In this document: positions 12,860 to 26,490 of the stretch, in pieces
Numbering within the stretch: position 1 is the first letter of the stretch
Layout: each line of letters opens with the position of its first letter
NCBI RefSeq assembly: GCF_947242115.1
Contig: NC_074722.1
Span: 29,860,340-29,924,339, forward strand
Direction of reading: 5' to 3'
From: Biomphalaria glabrata
Taxonomy: Eukaryota
DNA length: 64,000 nucleotides
Position numbers and translations under genes: made by a program
The notes under the pieces: generated by a model
What the model saw: only the letters and a program-made list of their open reading frames with translations
The model's database searches: none
Told to the model about the DNA's origin: nothing

Positions 12860-13560
12860 AGCGCAGCTAAGGGGGTTTTGAGTTTAAAACACCCTTACCA
12901 GGGGGTTTTGCAGTTAAACACCCCTCTTCTATAAAACAAAAGAAAAAGTGCAAACGACAATCCCCAAAGTCCAAGAGCATAGCTAAGGAAGATTCTGATT
13001 TTAACCCCCTCCGAAATTTATGATAAAACCTCCTCTTCAATATAAGACTATCCATACATCAGTCACCTGATTCTATGAGCGTAGCAAAGAGGGGTTTTGT
13101 GTTTAAACCCCATCCAGCGGGGTTTGAAGCTAAAAAAATACCTCTTCAATATAATAAAAAAGCAAATTACGCATTTAAAATGCTATGAGCGTAGCCATTA
13201 CGCGTAGGACGTAATCATCTTCTTTTTTTGAAAAAAAATTCTGCATTATATAAGATTAAGTTTAACCCCCCCCCCTTCGACGGGGTTTGGAGCTAAAAAA
13301 TACCTCTTAAACACAAAAAAAGCAGATTGCGCATTTAAAATGCTATGAGCCAAAGGGGTTTTTGAGTTTAAATCCCCTCCCTCCAGAGGGCTTTTTTTTT
13401 AAGTTAAAAAAAAACACCCTACAGAGAATTTTGAATTTGTTAAAAAAAATCCAGAGATTTTTTAGTTTAAAACCCCCTAAATCAGATGATTTTGACGATT
13501 AACTTCCATTTTCGATATAAAATCTAAATCAAACTACAGTCACCAAATTGCATGAGCGTA
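12860..13560. repeat. Minisatellite-like array of short hairpin-type monomers (GGGGTTTTG-N-TTTAAAACACCC) interleaved with a ~170-bp higher-order unit (…aatacctcttcaatataataaaaaagcaaattacgcatttaaaatgctatgagcgtagcc…).
   Basis: Motif repeated at least 8 times. The higher-order unit recurs at about 13121-13200 and 13290-13350. Confidence 0.5.
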
Positions 13561-13786
13561 GCCAAGAGAGGTTACAAATTTCTACCGGTGGCTGAGCTCC
13601 ATTAATAAAGTACAGTGAATAGTCATCTGCCGAAATTGAAAAAAGACTTGTAATGGAGGAAAGTTGGGGGTGGGGTTGGAGTGGAGGAGAAGTGATACTT
13701 GAATTTACGGGCTGGTCCGATTCAATGTAATCCGTCTATCCCTCCACCCCAGTGGCGCTACTGTCCATGGAGGGCTCTGGCCTGCT

Positions 13787-14050
13787 TTAACACATCTCTC
13801 CATTCAGATCTCTCCTGAGCCTTTCTTCTTCACGCCATAACCCCAAGCAGTTGTAGATCTGCTTCCACATCGTCAATCCATCGCATTCGGGGTCTGCCTT
13901 TGGTTTTTTGCCGGTATACAATTTCTGCTCCTCTGTTGTCTGACATTCTTCCAAGGTGACCTGCCCAACGTAGTTTGTTCTTTTTTCAACTTCTGTCACT
14001 ATCGGTGGGTCTTCAAACAATTGATACATCTCATGGTTAATGCGTGTCAT
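13787..14050 (-). mobile_element. CR1/L2-type LINE ORF2 C-terminal fragment.
   Basis: …RTNYVGQVTLEE…QKLYTGKKPKADPECDGLTMWKQI… resembles the conserved LINE tail RLRWAGHVARM…LLYGEL.GKRS.GGQKKRYKDTLK. Confidence 0.4.
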
Positions 14051-14295
14051 CCACCCCGTTTCATCTTGTATAGCACCATAGATTTTTTTAAAAGAATTTA
14101 GAATTTTTGGCTCTCAAGTATTTAGTAGATTTTCGGTTGTCTTTATCACTTGCATACATTGCTATTAGTCTTATTAACCTTTTGTAAATCGTTTTCTGTA
14201 ATAGATGCTAGAATTAGATGGTCAAAGAAATGTATATGGGAGCGATTAACTTCATATCATTATATTGTTAAGAGTAAGAAAAAATAGGAGGGGGT

Positions 14296-14379
14296 CCATG
14301 GCAAAAATAAATAAATAAATAAAATAAATAAAAAAAATAAATAAATAAATAAAATAAAATAAAATAAAATAAAATAAAA

Positions 14380-14415
<36 letters not shown>
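14296..14415. repeat. (AAAT)n / (AAAAT)n microsatellite.
   Basis: Read directly in the sequence. Confidence 0.9.
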
Positions 14416-14422
<7 letters not shown>

Positions 14423-17400
14423 ATATAGCCTGGGACAAAATCAACAGTGAAGCTGGTGGGTAATGCTAGTTAAAAATAAAAACAAAAAACGTACACATTA
14501 TTCTTCCAATTTAATTTAATGAGACTGAAATATTAACACAAAAAAAAAATTAAGTTTGTAATTTCAAGGTCCACAGGCACTTCATTGGACCACCTAAACA
14601 GATACATTCTCAAATTATATACAATTGGCACAAATCAAAGCTTGTCATCTCCACAGTTTTAATAGAAAGGAAAATGAAAAAAAAACAACATTTTGATTTT
14701 CAATGTTTAGGATTGTGTGCAAATAATCCATCTCCAGTCACATAACTGAAAAAGCAACACAATGGTTTAGGATTATGTCCATTATAATACATAGCTCCAG
14801 TAACTAACTGAAGTAAAACAAATGCAATGGGGTATACCTAGTGCCATTCCTGAATAATCAACATGACAAAAAAAATTTATATGTACACTAGATAAAAAAA
14901 ATAATTGAGTGGGAAGGAAAGGGGGGGGGGTGTGTGTTCATGATGAGTACACACAATTTATAAACCAAAATTATAACATGAACTGTCATAAAAAAAAATC
15001 TATGATTTGTTTTGCTTTAAAAAAAATATTTTGAAATAAGAAATAGATGAAATATATGCATATGAACAGAGCTTTCTCCAGCTGCTGTTACTTCATAGTT
15101 GCTCACACCTTTTTCAGATACCGGTACAGAAACAATGAAAGAAAAGTTTTCATTGAAAGACAGCCCTTTTTGCGCTTCCCCGTCAACAAAGCATATTCAC
15201 AACCAACTAAATGTCACGGTCAATAAGGATTCACACTATCAATAGTTTTTTGTTGATATTTTGTGTGTGTGTGTGTGATTGATGCCGTATATTAAATAGT
15301 CAACCACATAACTGTACAGCAAACTACAGGAACAAGTAAAATACAGAGATTATTTATTCCAATGCTACTGAGGTTTAAAACAAAAAATGGCTGAATGTAA
15401 CCATGTTTTAAACAAATCCAAAGTATTCTTGATTTTATTTTTTAAACAATTCACAAAATTGTTTATTGAGTGGGTGTTCAACATACACTTAAGTGGGTTA
15501 ATTGTGTTAAGAAAAAAAAGCTGCATAAGATGAAAATAACTAAAGAAAAATAGAACTAATCTAATAGCCTATGATAAGCACCATATACAAAAAAAAATTA
15601 ACATGCATGCATCTTAACTGCCCTAAAATGATTAAGTAACAATGAAGCATTAAAATTCAGTTCTAAAAGCAAAACACTATTTAAAACAAAAATGTAATTA
15701 AATTTTCTTCATGTAAACTGCATTTTGTGTAGTTTTTCAAAAACTATATTTTTAATTGGACCATTTTTTGAAGTAACGTCTGTATTATACAAGATAAGAA
15801 CATAAGATAATATGGTGGACAAAAAAAATATTTTCTTGCTGCATAGAGATGTAAAACTGAGTTTGCCAGAAATCACGAATTAATTATTACAGATAAAATG
15901 CTAATTTTAATCAAGACAGCAAAAGAAATAGTATTAAAACAAAAAATATTACTTTTTGACAGATACAGACAAGCAAATAAAGGACAGATTTTTTAAGGTA
16001 AAAAAGTTTATATCTCAATAATAAACTTCATTAACAAAACATGTACAATGTAATATAGTGTCTTTCTTTTTTTTTTTTTTTTTGATTTGCATTTACTACT
16101 AATTAAAGAAATGCTGAGGTTATGTTGGTCACCATCCATCATCAAAAAGTTGTTTTTTTTACTAGAATAAACAAAAGTTGACTTAAGGTCACATTCTGAT
16201 TTCCTGAATGTACAAATTATTTTACCCAGAAATCTGATCTGATCTTTTCATTTCAGCAGTCAAAGCAACTTTCCCCCACCTTGTCCCAAATGAGAACATT
16301 TTGATAAAAAATATCATTCTGAGCCATGAGACAACAGGCTAAGTCAGCATATGTACTAATTTATTTTCTTTTATTGTGACAATTTTTTATTTACTAAACT
16401 TGCAAATCCAATATAAAGGTATCTTTTTGTGACAATTTTAAAACCCTTTCTTGTATCAGGAATGATTTCATTCACTGAATCACATGATGGCTTCAAAAAT
16501 TCAAGTAGCCATGTTTGTTTCAGTGAGATACGATGAATGAAAAGAATGTGGTCTCTCCACAATAAACCATACTTGATAATCATCTTTGATTCCAAGAAGT
16601 ACTGCTTCAATCAAGACATGCTACTTGTTGACTGAATCCTTTAGCAGTTATAATAACTTTTCTATAGAACCCCCAAATCCATCAACACCATAGCACTATG
16701 AAATAAAAGACCTTGTTTATTTAATACTAAGCAAGCTTCATAGAAATAAATTCTATATAATATACTAGTCCCAATACCTTAAGGGTGGTGTTGGTGCAAA
16801 AATATAAAATACAAATGCAGGCCCGTTACATTTTTAATGCTTGCAAGATAAAAATTAAGTTAAAAAATACATTACTAGTCTGGTTTGAAAGAGCAAGTAT
16901 TTTTGTACCAATCAATCTAGATAACAACCCTTGTATAAAATGGACAGGGGTTTATGAAAGTGTAACAAAATTCAAAAATAGTTAAGATTCACAATCACAG
17001 TTTAGAAAACAAATTAATGAAAAATACATTTGCAAGTCATTATTATTGTAACACTGCTAGAAACCCAAACTGTTAATGTGGCTCTTCACAAAAAAAAAAA
17101 TAGTAACAAAATGGCGTTACTGATAAAACATGATTTAAAAAACAAAAAACAACTCACAACTCATAAAATCAAAAATAAATTTATACAGCTAACAAAAATT
17201 ATCGCCATATGACTGAATCACAATAATTAAGCTAGCCACTTTTTTTTTTTTTAAGAGAAGTAAATGTATTTACATTTGAAGTGGAACCTATGTACAACAG
17301 TGAAATAAAGTTTTCTCATATCAATTTTATACTGTCTTTGAGTTGGTGGACGAAAATAGAAAAAGTAGATCAATACTTAATATTAAATTGAGTCAAATAA

Positions 17401-19925
17401 TAAATCAATGTGCAATATGTGCACAGCTATACTTCTGTGTTTTAAATCCTGCAAAAAAAATATTATCCACAATAAATCATCACAACTATCCTTTTAGATT
17501 TCTTATATCATTAAAAGTGTGAAAAAGGAAAAACTTGCCTCATTTAGCTTTTGGTTTTAAAATAATTATTATTATTAAAGCCAAAAATTAGCTTTGATAA
17601 CTAGTGTTCCCTTTCATAGGCCATGTGAAATTATACATTTGTTTTATATATATATATATATGACTTCACTTAAATCTATTTGCTTTAGTAAGCTAGTAAA
17701 AAAAGTCTCCCTGAATGTTTAAATAAACTCTTTAAATACTGACTAGATCTGACCAAGAGGAAAAAGAAGAGGGTAAAGTTTTTTTTTCTAACTTAAAATG
17801 TCAGTTCCAGTGAAGTTACACAGTTGTCCACAAATAATTTTTTTGTTAGAATGCTATGTGGCAAGCATGACAATCAACCTCTTAATCGCTACTAAAAATA
17901 GTTTAGGCATTCATATAAGATGGATGAATATCCTAAAATTGTAAACAAAAACAAGAGCCTCTACCTAAAATCCTTGGTTTTAAAGCAAGGAAAAATATGT
18001 TTTTTTTTGTAAACAGATTTCATAGAAACACATCTACAAGGAAATAAAAGTGAAATAAAAGGTTGATCAAACATTTAGAGGTTAAAACCTTTTTTATTTT
18101 TTTTTTGTTTAAGAAAAGAGATTCATTAAATTATTTATAAAAATTTAAAAAAAAAATGTTGATTTAGGTCTCTATTAAATGTAAACAAAACAAAAAAAAA
18201 ACCAACAAATCTCGATTGGAATTTAAATAATGCTAAAACATCCTGGTGTGACACACACAAACTTACATCTAGTCAAATTCACAAGTGACCATAAATTGTC
18301 AATAGAAGGCCATCATTATCATTAACAGACTGTAGGAGAAAAATAACGAGGTTCTTTGTCACACTTTTTTATATTATATATATCTTCTTTTTTGAAGCAA
18401 CGTCCTGGCAAGTGCGTCTGTTATATCAACATACCTATAAAATGTGTATTACTGAGTAGATAATAAGAAAATAAATGAAGTAGAATAATATCAGAAGAAT
18501 TTGTATCTAACTAAAGAAACTAAACCAAACAGTGTGGATGGATACTGTTCAACTGAACTAAATGAATGGTAAAGAGCACCTAAAATAATATAGATTGCAC
18601 GCAGCTATGCAATAATACAAAGTCCCTTTTTCATTTTTTTTTAAGAAAAACAAAAGTATATGGATATATAAAGAAAGCAAAAGGCCACAATAAATTTATG
18701 TAATACATTTTCTTAAAATTAGAGCATTAATGAAAAAAGATCATTAGTTGCTTTTTATTGATTTAATATGGTTTTACTTTTATGTATAAAAATGTTACTT
18801 ATTTTCAAAATCAGAAGGCAAATAAGTAGCTGCTGTACCGATGTAGTGTATGTTGAAGACTGGAGTATTGATTTTTATAGGACATTTCTTTTTAAAGCAG
18901 AGACTATATTTTTCACCTTGTTTTTTTAAACGATTTACACATATGTGAATAATACACAAGCATGCTCTTGGAAGACCAAACATAGCCATTAAATAGATTA
19001 TAAGCACAAGGAAAAGAGTGGTAAAATCTGATTTTCAATAAACCTTTGGTGCTTGAGATTTAACTATGACAAAAAGCACAAACACAGAAGCAGCTTTTCT
19101 CTATGGAGGCTGCTAAAAAACAATTACAAAATAAATAAAAACTTGACAGTTGTTGACATTAGCACCTTAATATTCAAAACAGAAAAATAAATTTAAGTCT
19201 TTTTTTTTGTTGTTGTTGCTTTTTAATTTCATCAAGAAATCAGCAGAAAATAGACACAGAATTAAGATATAACTTTATTTCATGCCCTTTTAAAGCATTG
19301 GTGTTTACTTGAACAATGATGTTGTCTGCCTGATCTTCAGTGATTAAAAGATGGATCAAATACTAAAGCAGGAGAAGAAAGAGGTAAATTTTAAATTTGA
19401 GTACTGATGTTTTAAAAAGCCAATTAAAATCTCAGAAAGCATGAAATTCCTGAATTAATTATTCCTTTGCTTCTGAAAAAAAAAACAGTTTTAAAATTGA
19501 AGTCTAATGCTTTCCAATTGTTTCAAACACTTTGATTACTGGTATAATATATCAAGTTTAAATTGCCTTATGTTTCCAACACAGGGTCAACTAAACAGAT
19601 TGGAAAAAAAAAAAATAATAATTGTCAGATACCAGTTTTCTTACAGTAATAAACAATGCAATGCATCATATACTTTTGTGTACTGGGATTTTTTCGTTAA
19701 CCCTGTATATTACATACAGCTTGGACAATTTATAGGGCCCTTCTGGCTTAGTAATACTAATAATTATAGGATAAGAGTTAAAATAAGCTTGTGTTAAATT
19801 ACACAAATATTTCAGACTACGAGATGTTCAGAACCAAGTTCAACAACTATCCATTGTCTTTTATTTGTCTGACTCAAGAATATCCTTTCCATGCACTGGA
19901 AATAAAGATGATTCGCTGGATGCAT

Positions 19926-20247
19926 TCAAAGTACAAGCATAGTTTCAAAGGATGAAAACGTGGGATAGTCAACATATGGCTGGACAAGCATGGCATAGTG
20001 CCCATTGTTGCAGGCAATGCGGACATTAGTCATGTCATCATCCATTAAAAGAATTTCATCCTTTTTCAAAGAGACATGGTGTTCCTTTTGGATCTCTTCT
20101 AAGACAGCTGTTATGTGAGCCTCTTTGCCATTTAACTCTGGCATAAGGTACCTTCCTGCAATAGAATCTGATGAACCTGAAGTTAGCGACCTCTGACGTT
20201 GCATGAAATCTGATGTGTTTCCTTGAACATAGATTTTATTAGCGACT
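19926..20247 (-). CDS. HAD-like hydrolase, exon 2 (terminal) (KVANKIYVQGNTSDFMQRQRSLTSGSSDSIAGRYLMPELNGKEAHITAVLEEIQKEHHVSLKKDEILLMDDDMTNVRIACNNGHYAMLVQPYVDYPTFSSFETMLVL*).
   Basis: Acceptor aaaatttttcAG; phase 2 joins exon 1 (aa + a = K). Contains a conserved-Lys region (NGK) and an acidic motif IV (MDDD) typical of HAD phosphatases. Total 206 aa. Confidence 0.5.
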
Positions 20248-22264
20248 CTGAAAATACAAAAGAAAAAAAGTTAATTTTACCCAATAATAAAACAGTACAA
20301 TGAGAATTATTCAATTGAATGTAACCAAACAAGACTGTAAAACTCTCTGATAAGAGAATAAGCATAGATATTCATGTCTGGGGTGGGAGAGATGGGACGG
20401 AAGCTTTAGCAGGTTTGTAGAGCTCCTGTGGCATTTATTGCTTTCATTTATCAAGCACATTTTTTAAAAACCTACCATCAGTCACTAAAAAATATATTCA
20501 AGTCCAACAGTAAACAAAAAATACATTGAAGAAGTAAAACCCAAAAGGCATGCCAATGAGAGATACAGTAAAATGACAACTTTCTAGAGACGGTCACTAT
20601 CACACTGCATATTGATCATGCTAGGTTGTTGCCTATCTGAGGTGAATGAAATTGACGCCTTCTAAGATTAACAGTTTCATAAGGGGGGGTGCAATGTCTA
20701 CAGCTGGATTTATGCTGTTTAGAGTAAAATTTAAAGATTTATGTCCTGATCTGAGTTAAAAGATCTGAAAGTAATACAACATAATGTTTTCTAATAATGA
20801 TGTATTTGATTTTAAGAATTAAAAAAAAACTTACTCGAGGAGTAAATTAAAAACAAAAATTTTAAATGCTCTAATATAAAGTCAATAAGTCTATTTGTTC
20901 ATATAATATGGGAGTCAACCCTGAGAATAATCAGGAGCCGGTGAACCATAGGCAGCTTGCTACCAACAGTGCTAAACCATGGCCAAATCTGCAATGCCAC
21001 TGATCTCAAACTGTATCATTCCTTTGGACACATAAGCTGAATGGAAAAAAAATGTGTGGGGAACACTGTTCCAACTATAGCTAATAACCAGGCTTTCATC
21101 TAATTGATTATCTATGAGATGAACCAAAGTCACTGAAGGGAGATAATAGACTTATAAGCCTTTGGAAAAATCATGCATTAAACTTCGAAGTTGAGTCTCA
21201 TGATTGACATTTTCTAAGTCATTTTAGTATTCTATTATAGGACTGTCCAATGATATGTACATAGTATACAATATAACTTTTCCAAATTAGATTTTTCTTT
21301 AATTTTTTAAAAAGGTCATCAACAGGTAGGTTTTTATGTATGTGGTGTTGAAACATTATTGCTACCTGGTATAATTGCATGAAAACAGACAAAATATTTT
21401 TTTTTTCCACGGTAGGGTAGTTAATTTTTTTTTTAAATGAGTTTTTTTTTATGGTCAGCACTAATTGGCAACTTTCCATGCTGAGAACAGTTCTAAAGCT
21501 TATAAGATAAGTCTTCATCTTCAAACTTAAAAAAAAATTTCCTCTTCCGCCTGCTCAACCATCAAGCCAATGATTCTCCATTTAGAGGTTAAAGTTAGGA
21601 TTTGAAAATGCCTGCTCACCTTGTGTGCCTCTGCTAGTGAGAGTAAACATTAACACAAAAAAAAAAAAAATTTTAAATTACTTTTGTACAGTGCATGTTT
21701 CATGCTAAGCATAATCAGTGCACTATGATCCAATCTCTTGTGGACATTTGGAGGTATCTTGTTCAAGGTTTTTATGTTGTCTCGATAGGTAGCCAACTCG
21801 TTTACGCCACTTATCCAAATATTTCATATTATCTTCAAAATTTTTGAATAGCCTACATTTCAAATTGAATTTAATCTGTTAGATGACTACTTAGATCTGG
21901 GTCCTATCGTAATCACTAACTTAATGAGGTTTTCACAGTTATTTCTTTTTAATTTTAAAAGACAAGTACGAACAATTATTTAGTTTTGATCATTAGTAAA
22001 GACTTTATAATTATAAAAGATTAGAGCTACTCTAGAAGTATAATCTAGACCTTATTATTATAACTTATAGAATAGAACTGAATAGATCTAGATCTATATA
22101 TAATTATATGTATCTCTACTCTAGTCATTCCAGGTTTTTTTTTTAATAAAATGTTACACAAATAAACGTCTTCACTTTCAAAATTTTCATGATAAAACTA
22201 TTTAAAACTATATAAACTATATCTAGAATATTACTAGAATCTAAAGTCTAAAGTAAAAACTTAC

Positions 22265-22563
22265 TTCTTTGGCAAAACTTTGTGAAGCAAATCTTTGATG
22301 AGCCATCCTTGTCGATGGTATGTTACAATAGCTACAAATATTCCCTTATTGACTGCTCCTTCCAACAAATCTCTCATGCACGGTCGAACGTGAGGGACAA
22401 GCTTGTCAACACTCTCTGTCCACGTTCCCCCAGAATGAATGTCGATTAGGGTTTTGTCAAAGTCCATAGCTAGAAGCTTGATGCCTTTTTTCGTTAATGC
22501 TAGCACGAAGGAATCCAGTCTGGCTTTTACTTGTTTACTGGGCTTGCTTCCTGAACATGCCAT
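22265..22563 (-). CDS. HAD-superfamily (DxDxT) hydrolase-like protein, exon 1 (MACSGSKPSKQVKARLDSFVLALTKKGIKLLAMDFDKTLIDIHSGGTW…LLHKVLPK, then 2 nt).
   Basis: ATG at 22563 has a good Kozak context (gaagATGg). The upstream 'M' at 22596 has a weak context and may be non-ATG. HAD motif I is DFDKT; donor aa|GTAAGT. Confidence 0.55.
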
Positions 22564-24311
22564 CTTCCTTCTGCAGCGTAAACTAACACAACACATCTGG
22601 CAACATTAACACATTCGCTAGAGTCCACAATTAGCTTTTTTCAGGGGGAACAGAAGAATGTAAACAAATTTTACCCCCTTGGATTGGTCTTTTGACACAG
22701 CTAGCCAGGAACACAGGAACACACATTACATGAATTTCGAGAGTTGTCGCTCGTTGTTGAGATAACACTTTACAGGTCAAGGGGAGTGGCTGCGTACAAA
22801 TCTAGAATCTACATCCAAGATCTAGAATTTTTCCCTAATTACAACTAGATTCTAGATCTAGAATTAAGTCATCTTTTGCATGTAAATCTAATAGATATAG
22901 TTAGAAATAAATGTGGGTTAATGCTTATTTAAAAATCGTAGATCTCTATAATTTATTTCTATAATAATAACTGACATAGAAGAGAGCACCTGGCTGCAGA
23001 CAGCTTCGGAAAAACAGCTATCACTTTCAAAGGCCGAGGGATACACATATATAGAGAAAAAGAAAATACACTGCCGGGGACAAACTCGTAGACGGCGAAA
23101 AGAGAACCTAAATCGACGATGGTTATATTATGTCTGCGCTGAATGTGACAAAATATGTTGATCGCAGCTGTGGCAGCGTAGACTCGTGAAATACTGCCTT
23201 CCTCATTAATCTTCGGACGTGAAGATTCGACAAGCTTATATTATTATTATTATTTTTGGGTTAAGTATTCCAAAAAAAGTGTTTATCATATAAATAAATA
23301 ATATAGATTTTCTGGTACCAGCCAAGTACATGTATACTATTTTGAAATCTGCGCTGAGTGTGGCAAAATATGTAGATCGCAGCTGGGGCTGCGTATAGCC
23401 ACATGAATATATATATAGTAATGCACTCCTCATTATTCTTCGTACTTGAAGATTCGACAAGCCTTATATATATTATTATTATTATTGGTTTAAGTAATCC
23501 ACACAAGTATATTTAATTACCATATAAATAAATATGTTCTGGTACCAGCCAGGTATAATATTTTTGAAATCAATTAAGAGACAAAAGAGAGAGAGAGAGA
23601 GGCTGAAAGTATATATAGGTCTATATATGTGCTAATGATTTATAGGCCTAGTCTGATATTTTATTAAGTATCAAATTTAGAGTTATTAATTATAATAACT
23701 AGATCTATATATTTTTACAATTGGCCCTTATACATATAAATATTTAGTTAAAACTCTAGCATTTTTTGCCATAAAATAATATCGATGGTATAATTGCAAA
23801 TTCAAATTATAAAGGTGTAGGCTATAGACTTAGCCCATATAGATCTATATAGCCTACTAGACCTATATAGGTCTATGGTATGGGCCTACCATTTATTTTA
23901 GGACTCGAATTGTCTTAATGGAAACTTTATTGCGACGATATCGCTCTATAAATTGTATTTAAGGAGGTATCGCCTTTAAAAATAACAATATTAAAGTATT
24001 TTAAATGGTATTCTTGTCTTACAATACCTCTATTCAATTTCTAATTTCATGGAAACAAAATGGAAACTTATATATATGGGTGGGTACTTCGACTCGATTA
24101 TCGAAAACGGCTCTAACAACTTTCCTAGAAATTTGACAGTTATTGTTTATATAAATATATCGTTAGGAAAAGAATCAAATACTAGCAAGAATTGGCCACG
24201 ATTTCCGCATATAGTCATCGTATAGATATTATTCATCGGTTTTGAAAGGATTCGACTATTATCGATTCGAGCGCGTCCTTTTAGGACTTATTCGCGTTCG
24301 GGAATTTCCGA

Positions 24312-24342
<31 letters not shown>

Positions 24343-26082
24343 ATATTGGTGAAAGAGTTTTTTTTTTAAATTAATCAAGAAAACATTGAGAGCATCGTCT
24401 TCCAATGTCTTGATCTAATGGCCTATATATCACTGGAATATTATAAAATGTAGTAGATCTACATCTATATTATACGTTACATTCGCTTAACCAGTAAAAC
24501 TAAACTACTCTTCTTCATCATAGTGGAAAAATGGAGAGGGGATAAAAATATTCCATCACCATAATAAATATGTTTTTTTGTTTTGTTTTTTTAATCAAAC
24601 ATTCATTAATTCAATAATACGGCTCTGTATACCTATGTTATTATTTTAAGTATATGTATGTTGACATTGTTTTGTTTTTTTCAAAAGTAGGCATATTTTA
24701 AATGCTTTTCAGACTTTTCTTGTTTTAAAAAAATTAGTTTAAAAATATTTTTCTTGTTAACAGAGTAGCCTAAATGGTCATCTAGTGTAGACAACGTAGA
24801 CAGATCTAGTCTATAATAGATCTAGATTCTAGATATATCTAATACTAGACATTGAACCTTCTTTAGAGAATGGAATGGGTTGCCTGAATCAGTCCTAAAA
24901 ACAAACGGCTTGGCAGAGTTTAAGTCATTGATTAACATGAATGATTAGATTGACAAATGAAATGCGTAGATCTTTCTTCTTTTTTGAAGTAACGTCTATA
25001 ATATATGAGATTTGTCTTTCGGCCAGAGAGGAACTCTCTCTATTTCGGAAATTTCCATTTTTAAAATTAGACTTTAGAGCTCCTCAATGATCGGTTCTTT
25101 TGATATAAAACACAAGGTTAAGCGTATTCTACTTTTAGAAACTTAGGTATTGTAAAGAAGTAAGTTACTAAAAATAGAACCTGCTCTTTCAAGACTTCTT
25201 CAGCTCTGTCACGGAAAACACGTCCTGGTAAAATTATAACACTAACCGAATTGTGATTATTCTGTCATAGTCAGAGTATATAGTTTTGACAAAAGATTAG
25301 ATTGATTAGAATTAGATCTAACGACATATCTAGATTTTGAATCCACTTGGTTAACCAAGCAACGTTTGTAACAAATCATTTCTATTTTATTTTTAAGCTA
25401 GACTCTATAGTAGTCTATAGTACTATAGCTATAGTCTATAGGCATATAAATAATTATTATATTATTAGTTATATAGTCAATATAGTTGATATTCATATTG
25501 GCAATGCAATTATCAATGAATATTTGATTGATAAATTATGGAATCCTTATCAACTTTAATTTTAACCTTATTTCACTGTGTTGCAACATTTTATTTTTTT
25601 ATGTGGTTAACCACATTGATTTAAAGTCATTTAGATCTAATTCAGATAAACTTGTCTTAGCATGACCATGTCGGCATGTCACCAGACCATGCAATATAAT
25701 TGGCTGCTTGGCTTAAGATCTAATCTAGACTTGTATATATAATGTCTTGATTGATATTAGGTCTTATACATTAGCAATTGTGTTAGTAATCATGCTACTG
25801 TAATGTTAGAAGTTAGAATAACTTCATTATAAGCCTAAATCACACATCATAGATTTACTTAGGCTTAGGGTGAAGAGTGGTAAACATGGCATTTTGAAGC
25901 GATGTTGAAATGCTGCATTGTTCACCATTTATCAAATTTGAGCAGACAAAAAGCACATTTTTCAAAAGTCAAATGGCACTGAAATCGTTGTTTTTTTGAC
26001 ATACATTATTCTTATCGATACTCTCTAGATCTCAACTTTTATTAGGAAGTATTGAACTCTTGACTCTGAGCTCTGTTTAATA
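22564..26082. promoter_or_regulatory. Intergenic region between the divergently oriented HAD-like gene (-) and MVP (+). It presumably carries both promoters and contains a ~225-bp tandem duplication.
   Basis: Position between two start codons on opposite strands. No specific promoter motif was verified. Confidence 0.3.
23121..23571. repeat. Two-copy tandem duplication (~225 bp unit, ~85% identical: …ctgcgctgaRtgtgRcaaaatatgtWgatcgcagctg…gaagattcgacaagcYtata…ggtaccagcc…ttttgaaatc).
   Basis: Copy A is 23121-23349 and copy B is 23350-23571, aligned by eye. Confidence 0.6.
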
Positions 26083-26219
26083 ATGGCTGCACCCAAGAAA
26101 GAGGAAAATGCCATTTTCAGGATACCACCTTACTATTACATTCATGTTTTGGACCAGAACACAAATGTCACAAAGATTGAAATTGGCCCACAAACTTATA
26201 TCAGACAAGACAATCAGAG
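26083..26219 (+). CDS. MVP: Major vault protein, exon 1 ([45 protein letters not shown], then 2 nt).
   Basis: ATG at 26083; aligns with human [39 protein letters not shown]; donor AG|GTAAGT. Confidence 0.9.
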
Positions 26220-26299
26220 GTAAGTGATATTATCCTTATTATTTTCATTTGTAATGTTTAGTGCAGTTAACAACTCACAATATTTAACTGTTTTTTGTT

Positions 26300-26490
26300 T
26301 TCTCAAAAGGTCTCCAATTTAATGCTGCCTGGTCGTGCAGTTTGTGCGCTGGACTGTCGTTCAGACTTATCGATGTCCTGGTTTCAAACCCTGCCCGCTC
26401 CCATCCCCCGTCATCCTGTGGGAGGTTTGGACTAGGAAGTAAATTATCTTCAGTTCTAAAGGAACATCCGAAACATGGAAAACATAATGC
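26300..26490 (+). mobile_element. tRNA-derived SINE, family A (copy 1), in MVP intron 1.
   Basis: ~85% identical to 48140-48335 (…gctgcctggtYgtgcRRtttgcgcgctggactgtcgtt…ggttcaaatcctgcccgctcc…gggaggtttggactaggaagtaaa…ggaacatccRaaacatg). Carries a Pol III box B GGTTCAAATCC. Confidence 0.6.

Noticed and set aside
16371-16610. 79-aa - strand ORF followed by AATAAA
   Set aside because: No ATG, no identifiable acceptor in phase, and no homology recognised. It cannot be supported as an exon.
19340-19380. Possible first exon MDQILKQEKKE with a GTAAAT donor on the + strand
   Set aside because: No downstream in-phase exon found; too short to support.
22564-22596. Upstream extension MCCVSLRCRRK of the HAD-like protein
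   Set aside because: Poor Kozak context and odd composition. The second ATG at 22563 is preferred as the start.
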